In this document: piece by piece, positions 53,354-64,000 of the stretch
Position numbering within the stretch: the stretch's first letter is position 1
Layout: the number at the start of each line of letters is the position of its first letter
Origin: Takakia lepidozioides
Taxonomy: Eukaryota; Plantae; Bryophyta
Reading direction: 5' to 3'
Assembly (NCBI GenBank): GCA_030704615.1
Contig: CM060731.1
Location: 26,908,001-26,972,000, forward strand
Length of the DNA: 64,000 nt
The notes under the pieces: generated by a model
The model's database searches: none
Told to the model about the DNA's origin: nothing
Seen by the model: only the letters and a program-made list of their open reading frames with translations
Made by a program: the position numbers and the translations under genes

Positions 53354-54613
53354 ATCTCCACGGGGGGTCCCTAAATGCCACGACAACGGTAAATGAGGAT
53401 ATGGGCTCTCTAAGCCCGGCCGGTACCTGCTGGAAAGACTAAAAATCACAACTTCGTGCATTTATGGTGTGAGGGTAAGGCCGTGTCTGCCAGGTGGCCC
53501 TCCGGAGCAAGGCATATCAGCAAAAATGACATGTACAGGGTAGTTTGATGGGGTTGCCGGTGGGGGAGGGGAGTGTTGGAGGCCGTGGTCTTTGACGGTT
53601 GCGGTGTTGTTTAGGTACCCCTGGTGGAGATGCTCTAATCCCCCCAAAATGGGGGCCACCAACACATTCAATCACTAGTACAATTTTGACCGGAAAACTT
53701 ACAAGATTATAATGGTTCATAAATTGGATAGAATTTATGTGGCTAAGGTAACCCCACCCAATTCCAACACCCCACCTTATAAACCGTCACCTATAAAAGC
53801 CCGCCATTTCCAACATCAAAGCGTTGCAAATCCGTCAGATCACGATGTGTTAGGGTTTCACGCAGAACACATGTTCCAGGATGAGGAATTGTAGATGGAT
53901 GACGGGAATGGGTGAGGCTACTATGGTTAACAAGTGAGCCTACTGTATATCCCAGTCTACTTCTAACTAGGCGAAAATTCATAGATAATTTGTAACTACT
54001 TCAAAATCAAGAAGCAACTTGGAATGGGTTCCAAATTACATTGCCCCACACCAAAAAAACAATTCCTTGTAAGGGGGTGGGGAAAATTTTAAAAAAAAAA
54101 TAAAAAATGATGATTTTTCTATGCATTCATCAAAATTCATCCATTTTCATCTTGAGAATGTACAAAACATAAAATACATTTTGCAACTAGGAAGGTTTGA
54201 GGCGGTTACATGAAATGATGGACATTTATTTTCCTCTCCCTCACTAGTTAGTTATACATGGTTGTTATTTCAATGCAAAAGATGAATCTTATTTTTTACT
54301 TAAATCTTTTGATACACAATCAACTACACCCTCATATTGTAGGATTAGAATAACTGTTGCGATTGCATCAAACTCTCTAGTCTATGTAGGCACACATTCT
54401 GTACATGGTGGTCTTTCATGAACTTTGTTAGTACCTAAAGATTAATGATTTGCATTCATAGATATTTGATTATTTAACAATGAGATCAACTTGCTATCAT
54501 TTTCTACAAAATATAGTTTATTTATTTGATCATTAAAACCTTTTTAATCATCCTTAAACTCATATTACACTAATTTCATCATTGTCTTCTTAGGCAACAG
54601 CAACATCATAAAA

Positions 54614-55537
54614 ATGAGGCCAAAAATGAATATAACACTGCATTCTCTTACAATATTTACAATTTTGCTCGTGAAGGTGGACTCCCAGGATTGTTCCAGT
54701 ATAGAACCCGCCAAATGTCAAATGACTTTTGACCGAGATTCAAAAAATCAAATCACCTACAAAAGCTTCTCAGAAGTTTGTCCAAACCATATGTGTGTTG
54801 TTATACGTCCAGTTCTGCCACCTCCGTCTCCTCCCGTAAGCCCATGGGGGTATGGACAACAAAATCCACCGCGTTATCCTCCACCGCCATGGGTCCCATC
54901 CTTGAACATCACTTATCCTCCCCCACCCCCTCCAAGCGAAATAATAATCCATGATGTACAAAAAAAACGTTTGTCACCAATCTCTAAAAAATATGTAAGT
55001 TATGGAACTACGCAAGCTCAACCTTGGTTCTGTGCAACAGGCACCAATTTGAATTTTAACTACATTGCTCGGGTGGAAGCAAATACAGGTTATCCACCAG
55101 GCTATAAAGAAGATGCATTTGCTAGATGTAATTACGACCTTTTTATACAACTACTAGCCCTTTGTGACTGTCGTTTAAATACGGTGACGGTACGTTGTGA
55201 TTATTGCAAATTAAACTATCGACTCTGGTTGTGTGCCATGATGTTTCCACAGTGTGTAAGTCTAAATGGATCACCTACAGATGTGCAAACAAATGTAACT
55301 TACATGAGATTTAATCATCTTGCAAGCAATATAAGTAGCACCAACTCAAATATTGTTTATACGATCAAACCTTGTAGAGGTCTGTGTTTTGGCGTGGTAC
55401 AAGCATGTGAAACTCTCATGCAATTCAGTTGTCCGTTGAAAGAAACGATCGAATATGAAGATTATCCCAATTGCAATACGATGGGATATTATACACCACT
55501 TGCATCTGATGATTATGTCAGAAATCTTTATAGATGA
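54614..55537 (+). CDS. Secreted Cys-rich protein with Pro-rich linker and Mid1/NALF(FAM155)-type Frizzled-like cysteine-rich domain
   Basis: 307-aa intact ORF in AT-rich DNA; N-terminal hydrophobic signal; C..C...Y..WLCA..FP.C and KPC..LC..V.Q.C....F.CP...CN.. spacing as in the Mid1/FAM155 CRD. Confidence 0.7.
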   Translation: MRPKMNITLHSLTIFTILLVKVDSQDCSSIEPAKCQMTFDRDSKNQITYKSFSEVCPNHMCVVIRPVLPPPSPPVSPWGYGQQNPPRYPPPPWVPSLNITYPPPPPPSEIIIHDVQKKRLSPISKKYVSYGTTQAQPWFCATGTNLNFNYIARVEANTGYPPGYKEDAFARCNYDLFIQLLALCDCRLNTVTVRCDYCKLNYRLWLCAMMFPQCVSLNGSPTDVQTNVTYMRFNHLASNISSTNSNIVYTIKPCRGLCFGVVQACETLMQFSCPLKETIEYEDYPNCNTMGYYTPLASDDYVRNLYR

Positions 55538-55762
55538 GATACACACTCATACTGGATTAATCCATCTAAATATATTGGTAAGATCTACAACTTGTGCTAT
55601 ATTTTCGTATAAGTTAACAAAGTGATATTATTATAATTACTATAGTGATTTTTTTTGGTCAATTATTAAAACGTGATATTGTTTTGGGAGAGGATAAGCT
55701 AATAAATTGTCAAGTGACATTTGCATCCCCTCCTCGCAAGTTCTATATAAGCCATATATAAC

Positions 55763-55798
55763 ATGTGTGTGTGTGTGTATATGTATGTATATATATAA
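55763..55798. repeat. (TG)n/(TA)n microsatellite
   Basis: Directly visible. Confidence 0.85.
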
Positions 55799-58700
55799 AT
55801 AAAAATGATGAAAAATTATAATCCAATTCATATGAATTGTATCCTATAATAAATAATATGTGTATATTATCATTTTTACTATGATAGAGATTTTACAGTA
55901 GATTACATCTGCATTTTTTTCATGCCAAATTTTCGCTGTTTACATATACATGTTATATTCTATATTCAACCATATAATCTTTCATTTGAATTTGAAGTCT
56001 AATAATATTCTTATGCTTTGAAGCTTTATAATTTCCTATACTAATATTGGTACATTAAACATGGAATTGGTTAAAACTGTACTTAGAAAATGATATAATT
56101 TTTTTCCCCTCCAATGTCCCAAGTTTCATTTTAATCTATTATATAAAAGAATTGATAAAATAATATATCATCTCTTGTTGGGTGTGTATGTATGAGTTTT
56201 ACACATATATATTATACATTTATGGTGTATATTAGCATCCAACAAGTGGCCCACTGATTGAGGTGCAAGATCAAAATACAAGCCATACATCATTAGTAAT
56301 ACTTGACATTACACGTGATGTTGTAGTGGAAGAGAAAACAATATGCTAACATCTAGACGTGGATTTAGGACTTTGACTTCTAAGTTACTGATGTTGTCAG
56401 ACATAGAGCCTACCATCTAATGTTGGGCATGGGACATGCATCTCGGACCTCTTCTTTACCTCATTGCATGCACGGTTGTCTTGTAATACATACTGATGTT
56501 CTATAAATGCTCGTGACATTGAAATGCTATATCTAAGTTGTATGGGAGCTGTACTAACATGAAATACTTTGAAATCTCATTTTGCAAAAAACCCATGTTA
56601 ACTATTTGTCCTCTACAAAGGGGATCATAGACTCTTAAGTGCAATCCCCATTGCAAGTAGATGAATTGAGCTCACTTGTTCCTACAAGAGAAAACGGATT
56701 TTATTACTCAAAAATGAATTCACACTTTGTATGTAGCACGGTTTATCTCAAAGTGAGACATGATCCAAAGTGTCAAGTAAAAAAATAACAAATAGACCAT
56801 GAAATGTCAAATGTGTCACACTGTTTTTTGACAACTTTGGGTCACCGCACCTTGACTGTAGAATATGTGAGATAGTTTATGCAACATATCTAACTCTAGT
56901 ATGTAATGAGACAAAGTTCATGAACGCTCAAATTATAAGCCACATGGTGTCACTTATCTCATCCCTGTTAATAATGTTGATTGTGGTTAGTTGGTCAATT
57001 TTATGATGTCTTGTGTTTGCTGCAAATATTGTACAGCAACATGCAACAACTCCCCCTCGTTGAATCTCTGTAATAGAATATAGTGCAGCGGCACCCAAAT
57101 GGTTCACCACCGATGAACTTTGTATGTATCTTCAACTCCTTCTTAGGAATGAAATTCGGAGGGCAATCCAACCACCAATAACATTGCTCATTCACAACTC
57201 AAACGTACTCTAGTAGCTGCCTGTCGTTGTCATGGAGCACTTTGGCTTTTTATTTGCCCACTGTGTCAACATTGTAGGGATCTCAACGATGTACTTCTTC
57301 GGCAGTAGATAAAAATTCAGGTACCTACATAATGAACATAAGTTATTTGAACCCAAGGGTGTAAGAAATAAATGCAGCAAATGCGAGCGCAGGTACAAAT
57401 ACATGCTTGTACATGTCTGGATAATCGGCGCCGATTTGCGAGTCTCTTATGTTTTAGCAACAAAATACAAGACTATAAGGAATGCATAATCGGCGCCGAT
57501 TATCCAGACCTTGCGATATATAAAAAATGCATGTCCATTTGGTTCAATCTGAAGACGAAAATATTGCCTAAAAATCTCAAATGCTTTCCAATGACAATCT
57601 AGTCAACAAACTTGCCCAACAAGTTAACAGAATGTTTTTCATACCTGTACACAAGTTCACGGCCGGGACACCATTGCACAGCCGCCCGCAAGGGTTGGAG
57701 GGAGATCTTCTGACAATGACAATGAAGAGAAAGATTTTGATGACAAATATTGATTCTTGAGGACGACGACGATGACCATTCTTGGAGGGCCGACATGAAC
57801 CTGCAAACGGGACCTCGTAGATCACATGATGCCAGTTGTTCAAGAGGTCCTACTGTACGCATAGACTTTGACATTGAGAATGTGTGAGTCAAAAGGAGGT
57901 AACGAGGAAAACACGAGAGGACCCATGGGCAAGACAAGGAAATTGGGGTTTTTTGTGCTTAAGGAGCGATGGCGGGCTAGTGGATGAAATCGCGATTTAT
58001 CATTGGAGTTAACAGGATGAAATTGACAAATTTTCATCAGCGGATGGATGGTGGGAAAATTTGATGACAAGCAAGGATGAAATCATTGATTTGCATTAGT
58101 GGATGGATGACGAGCTAGCAGGATGACGGGGTGACGAAAGCACAAATGAAAAGTTGATTCTTCATCACATGGGGATGATACTGCAGAAATAAGATAAAAG
58201 ACTCAACGTGATTTAGTGAGTAGAGTGGCCACAATAATATTAGCTAGGTGGCACTAAGATAAAGGGTGGATAGAAGGAGGTACACGTCGCCTTGAGATGT
58301 ATTTAGAAACAATCAAGCATGTGGCGCAAAGGGGAATAATACCCGGTGGCCATAAGTCTTCAAAGCCTAAGGTTGCAGCTGATTAAGTTTTGGGATCTAG
58401 TTATTAAATGATCACGTGGAGTGGCGGCTTAGATAAGACCAAGTCTATGATCAGGCCAGTATAAGACCAGTGGTTGCGGGTGTACTCTCTCAGTTTTCGG
58501 TTTGTACTAGCTTACGTTTCTTGACGTAAAGCAGGGAACTTATCATCATTCAACTATGAGCATGAGAGTCAGTCTGAAGTAAAGTAGAATGTATCAACTA
58601 ACATAGAGGTGTTACCATGGTTAGCTAGAGTGTTTGGCAAGGACTAACTATCATGCACTGAAGCATTTGAGTTACGTTCACCAAAAGACAGGCTGTAGAT

Positions 58701-59289
58701 TTAGCTAGCATGCACGTTACAGTCATGTAGTAAGAATAGTGAACTGATATCAGTATGTTGTAGAGTAGTTTCTTCATGTACTTCTCTAGAAAGCTAAGTT
58801 AGACGTATGTGTTAATACTGGAGCAAGTCTTGACCACTAGAGGGTCGGAAGTGAGCATCACGGCAGACCTCCGTGCGACCGGTGAATGGTGCAAACACAG
58901 ATATGAAAGCGAATGAAGTGACAAGCTCAAGGGCATTTGGTCACCCTCCAAGGATGGTAATAAAAGAAGACAAACACGTGTCTAGACAAATCACAATAAT
59001 GAATCTCCGTTTGTGCCAGGTTTTCTCTTCCGCTGCAGCCTGGGATAAATGATGTACTGATTGGATGGATTGTCATGGGTTGTAGGCCCCTCTCTTTTTA
59101 CTTACAAATGATTGTAACGACAATTCTTTGCCGTTATGGTGAAATTTTATGTGCAGATAGAAGATGTAGTTAGAAATAAAATTCCATGGCTCATTTCCAT
59201 AGATCAAAGAATTTGCAAACGTATAGCCAAAAAGGTGAACTTAAGTCACGTTAGGGGTTAAGATAGCAACATCTTAGTATGAACTAGGA

Positions 59290-60700
59290 TGCCGTTGGCC
59301 CAAGCGTCCAGTGTCATCTAAGTCCAAGTGCAATCCCCTATGTATCCAAATGCGTCTCCTATGTCGAGGCCCAAATGCGACCTCTAGGGTAGCCTGTGTC
59401 GTTGGCCCAAGTATCCAAGTACAATCCCCTATGTATCTAGAGACCTTGCAGTTTGAGAGATCTCCACGTCATTGCCCATGTGTGAAGAATTGAAATCTCA
59501 GACCAAATGCAATTTCCTGCATATCCAAGTGCGTCTCCTATATTAAGGCTCATCTAAGCCCAAGTGCAATCTCCTATGTATCCAAATGCTTCTCCCATGT
59601 AAAGGCCCAAGTGCAACCTCCAGTGTCTAGTGATATCTAAGCCCAGTGGAATCCCCCATGCATCCAGAGACCCTACAGTTTGGGAAATCTCCACGTCATT
59701 GTTCTAAAAAGCCCACTTTGCTATTTTTGCAATCTCCCCTGTCGAGGCTTCATATATTGATGTATCCACTTTGCAATTTTTCGCGAATTTCCAACAACCA
59801 AAAGTACTTGAAATTCCAAATCTCCCACATGAAGGGCCAATCATTGCTCCAGGAAAGTCCACTTTGTTATTTTTCCCGAATTTCCAAAGACCAATAGAAC
59901 TTGAAATTCCACATCTCCCACACTGCGGGTCCAAAAATCATGAGACCAAGCCGGTGCACCCCTCTTCATTGAGGGTTTTCCAACGACACCAAGCACGGGG
60001 GCTGCCCCGCTGTTTGGGAGCAACGAAGCTATAAAACAAAACAAAACAAAACAAAACAAAACAAACGTCTCACTTCATATATTGACTAGGGTAGCCTATG
60101 TCATTGGCCCAAGTGTGCAGTGTCATCTATGTCCAAGTGCAATCCCCTATATATCCAAAGACCCCACTGTTTGGGAGATCTAGGGTAGCTGCCTATGCCA
60201 TTAGCTCATGTGTGAAGAATTGAAATATAAGCCCAAGTGCAATCTCCTATGTATCGATGTGCGTCTCCCATGTAGAGGCCCAAGTGCGACCTCCAGTGTC
60301 CAATGTCACCTAAGTCCAAGTGTAATCCCAAAGCCCAGTATGCTATTTTTGCAATCTCCCCCCACGAGCTTCATATATTGATATATCCACTTTGCTATTT
60401 TTTGCGAATTTCCAGCGATCCAAGAACTAATCTCCCACATGAAGGGCCAATTATTGCTCCAGAAAAGCCCACTTTGCTATTTTTCACAAATTTCCAGCGA
60501 CAAAAAATACTTGAAATTCCACATCTGTCACACTGCAGATCCAAAAATTATGACACCAAGTCGGTGCACCCCTCCTCATCGAGGGCTTTCCAACGGCACC
60601 AAGCACCGGGGGTGGGGCCCCATGGTTTGGGAGATCGACGCTACAACACAAACAAACAAAACAAAACAAAACAAAACAAATGTCTCTCTTCATATATTGA
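59290..60700 (+). repeat. Degenerate tandem duplication with CCAAGTGCAATCCCCTATGTATCC sub-repeats and (AAAAC)n tails
   Basis: 59290-59700 resembles 60085-60330; 59705-60085 resembles 60330-60700; (AAAAC)n at 60032-60066 and 60648-60680. Confidence 0.8.
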
Positions 60701-62336
60701 CAACAACAAAGTTGTAGCCAAGTTGTAGCCGTGGTAATAGTGGGCACATACCACCTTGGAAGTGGTTGTGGGTTCAATCTTGGTGTCACAAAGGTGTCCA
60801 GTGTCCACCCTCCAGTCATAGCCCTTCCAGGTCAAGAGACACCATAATTACGTTTCCTTGGGGAGGCCTGATATAGGAAGATAATAATAATATAAGAACT
60901 TAATGGATGCGCTTGATGTAACAGTACTTTCGCCAGATTCCGGCAACCTGGGCTCCTCTGGCGGGGCCCTTGTCAAATCCTCCCCACCCCCTCTTACCTT
61001 AGTTTCACTGGCTGAACTGCTGTGAGAGGAACGAGATACTGCAAGCAACAAGTGGAAGCACCAGGCATCTTTGGTTGCAAAATGAATTGAAGGAAGCAGC
61101 AGTTGGAAATAAAAAGGAACTGAGGTGAAAGCGAAAAGAGCAAGAATGGACAATAAGAAAATCTAGATTATGTACAGTGGGATCTCATTAATCGCATCAC
61201 ATATGAACAGACTGTAGACAGGGATAGGTATTCCAGATGGTAGCAGCAAACAGCGTGAGATGTGCTGCAACTGGCTGAACCGCTGAAAAACATCGATGTC
61301 CTTCCCTCTCGTCTTACTCTCGACTTACTTTCATATGTTCTTTCAAATCACTGAATTTACAAGTGATAAACAAGAACCCATTTTACGAAGTTCTAAAGAC
61401 AAGCACATGCAGTCGATTTGTCATTCTCTCGGCACTAGACTGAAATTTAAACTCATGGCGGGAAGCCTACCTTTGAACAGCAAACAGACGCAGAGGAAAG
61501 GGGGATTGCAAATGGCCGTTGTGTGGGCGACCTGAAGACATTGTCCACTTTCTGATTCATTGTAGAGAGACACCGTCTTCAAATCCATCAAGGGAATTGT
61601 TCCTGTAGGTCTATCTGCCAACTTTGAAAATCTCAGGGCTGAGCCAAAAGCCCAGGTGCTTTTAGGGTCTAGTTAGTAGGCAAATCATCCACAGCAGATT
61701 GATGTTTGTGTGAAGGCATTTCTAGAGGACATCTGGAAAACTCGGATCAATAGTCTGTTTACTACAGCGTGAGCCCCTTACAAAGGTAGTTCCTGCCCCT
61801 TTAATGTGTTCCGCTCAAACTGGGTGCGGGATCAATGGCCACAAGGCTACGGCAAACAACGTCTTATGAGTACATTCTGTGGTACCAGTGTTCAGTGTCA
61901 ATTAACCTGGCATACGTATATACTAGTTGCACAAGCCTCATGAGCAACTGAACGTCCCGTCTGTTTGTGAGAAGGCAGCTCGGAAAATCGTGAGATCAAT
62001 GGGGAATTCAAAGTTCAAGTAACAAGAGAGGGGGGTGGTTGAGTGGCAGATTCACTAATCCATCTTATACATTGTCACACCACCATCATTCTCTACCGCT
62101 GTCCTCCTCCTACTTACCCCAACCCCGCTGGAGATACTTCTCAGTATTTAGTCTTAATTGGAAATCACAACAAGGACAGGGAAGGTCAGTGAGCATTTCC
62201 TCACCGATACTGTGGCCATCTGTATTGCAACTTTTGGTGTTATTTGCCACTGAAGACCGCCCTGTCCGGTCTCAGTTAAGTGCGGAGGAAGGGACGCTAT
62301 CATGACTCACCCCCACATTCTTTCTGTTGAGCACTA

Positions 62337-62371
<35 letters not shown>

Positions 62372-64000
62372 GTGAATTCCGAAGTTACGCAGGCGCGTGG
62401 GCAACCGATTCTCACTCAACCGGTCTTGCAGGGGGCGGACGTCTAAGTTATCATCACTTGTCTAGAAGCGACACTGATGATGTTGCTACATACTTGGAAG
62501 CTGTCAGTCTTTCTGCAAAATGTATGAGAAGTAGCTGCTCGGCAGCTTTATCTCACGCAAATTGTTGTTCATTTTACTCTCCGTCTGTCTGCCTACTGCA
62601 AGTTAGGGTGGACGACACGATCGATGTCCATAACTTGGAAAATGCAGTGGCCGCAGACCTTCATAACCACAACATCGCATCCTCAAAGCTGGTCGTATGT
62701 ATGTAAGGACAAATCATAGCTATGTCCCACCGCCAACGGGAATTGGTGCACTTCATACGACCGATGGCTTTTGCTTCTGAAGCTCACAGCCTGAAGTGGT
62801 GGTCGTGGCCCTAAAATTAGGTGATATTCTTTCACGATAGTAATCCTTAGCAGTGTGAAGCAACTATACCAGCAACTGCGGGACTGTTGATGACTTTGCC
62901 TTGACATTTCGGATTATTAGATTGCAGTATCAGCGCAATCTTGTTGGCGGTAATATCATGGCCATGGTGCGTTTATGGAGGATGGAAAGATGAATCGTCT
63001 AGTGAATCGTGCCCAAAGTGCCGTCCATATAAAATAAAATTGTTCACAAGTTGTGCTTGTTGTGATGGTCGGTACATGTCACTGGTTTCCACGCCTTACT
63101 GTAAGATTATTTAATACTAATCTGGATGAGAAGAAAGTAGGGAAGCTCTTACAAGGAGCTGTAAAAACTTTCAAAGGATTAGGGAAGCTCTTACAAGGAG
63201 ATATGGATATTTAAGAAATAAAATAAAAAAAGAGAGCGGCTCCAGCCTAATTATTGACCCTGCCTCCCGACTCGAGTCCCGAGGCAGGACTACGGAAAGA
63301 GGTTTTTTTTTTGTTTTTTTTTTTGTTTCTTTTGGCACAAGTGAAGGCAAGTTTACGTCACTGCGAAGAAGACTACGCAAAGACTTTTCAAATATAGCAC
63401 CGATACTCTTGATGAACAACCGAATAGTTCAAGACAGGTGTAGATGATATATTTCATCCCATATTTACAGATGAAAACCAAAAAACTCGGTGATTCATTC
63501 AAAGAGTGACACAGAGCTCCAGCAGGTAAGTAAGTATGCTGCCTCCCGTTGGCTCCTTCTGGCAGAATGCAGCAGCATTGCTTTATTGGCAGGGCTTCCA
63601 TGTATGCATGCATTTTGTTCTTACAAAAGTTCTGCTGCCCAAGGGATTCGGGGTTCGAACCAATGTGACCATATTCATTCTGCCTGTTAATACAGACATA
63701 TATATGGGAAAGGGCAATGTTTATCACAGCCTGATATAATAATACCCGGCCGGGCCCGGGGCCTGGCTGGGCCACTAGTACACTAAATGTATCTAATAAG
63801 AATATGCAAAAGATACTTTCATGCAAAACCGAATTTTGTTGGATCGGAGTCCATGGTAGGTACGTAGGGACCTACGAAAGGTCACGGGATCTGAAAAGGA
63901 ATTTCACAAAGCATTTTGTTTTTGGATACAATGCGGCCCTTCCTCCATGAGCCATGAGGCTAACAAGGGATTCAACGATTCAACCCGAAGGCCGACGAAC

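Noticed and set aside
56900-57400. Possible decayed Cys-rich ORF on the minus strand
   Set aside because: Short fragments with no recognisable motif
60800-64000. Possible host gene exons; 20-bp duplication at 63139/63181; CCATGAGCCATGAG at ~63944
   Set aside because: No coherent ORF or domain; the CATGAG pair lacks the CTATTTC TIR core, so it is not called a C terminus

Overview
Eukaryotic DNA, most likely from a non-seed land plant (inferred from the retroelement types). About 3.6-53.3 kb is a nested transposon island, and there is a 500-N assembly gap at 46968-47467. (1) Family A is a young chromodomain Ty3/gypsy element with ~99% identical 726-bp LTRs, an iMet PBS and a CAGTG TSD; it is split into two oppositely oriented halves. 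(2) Family B is a large Athila/Tat-like (non-chromovirus) Ty3/gypsy family present as at least 7 pieces; its pol frame appears to run on into a ~1250-aa extra region. (3) Family C is a 7.8-kb TIR/TSD-bounded element with no recognisable DDE transposase. It carries a SWIM-finger ORF on one strand and a ParB-like plus methylase-like ORF on the other, and between them lie ~40 spaced 22-bp palindromes. (4) Element D has a homologous ParB-like ORF but a different 32-bp palindrome array, apparently inside introns. A reciprocal ~21.7-kb inversion (8548-30298) explains the broken A and B elements. The right flank holds an intronless secreted Cys-rich gene resembling Mid1/NALF(FAM155). The best candidate for an undescribed system is the C/D pairing of a ParB-like gene with its own parS-like palindrome array. 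All domain calls are by eye from motifs; no searches were run.
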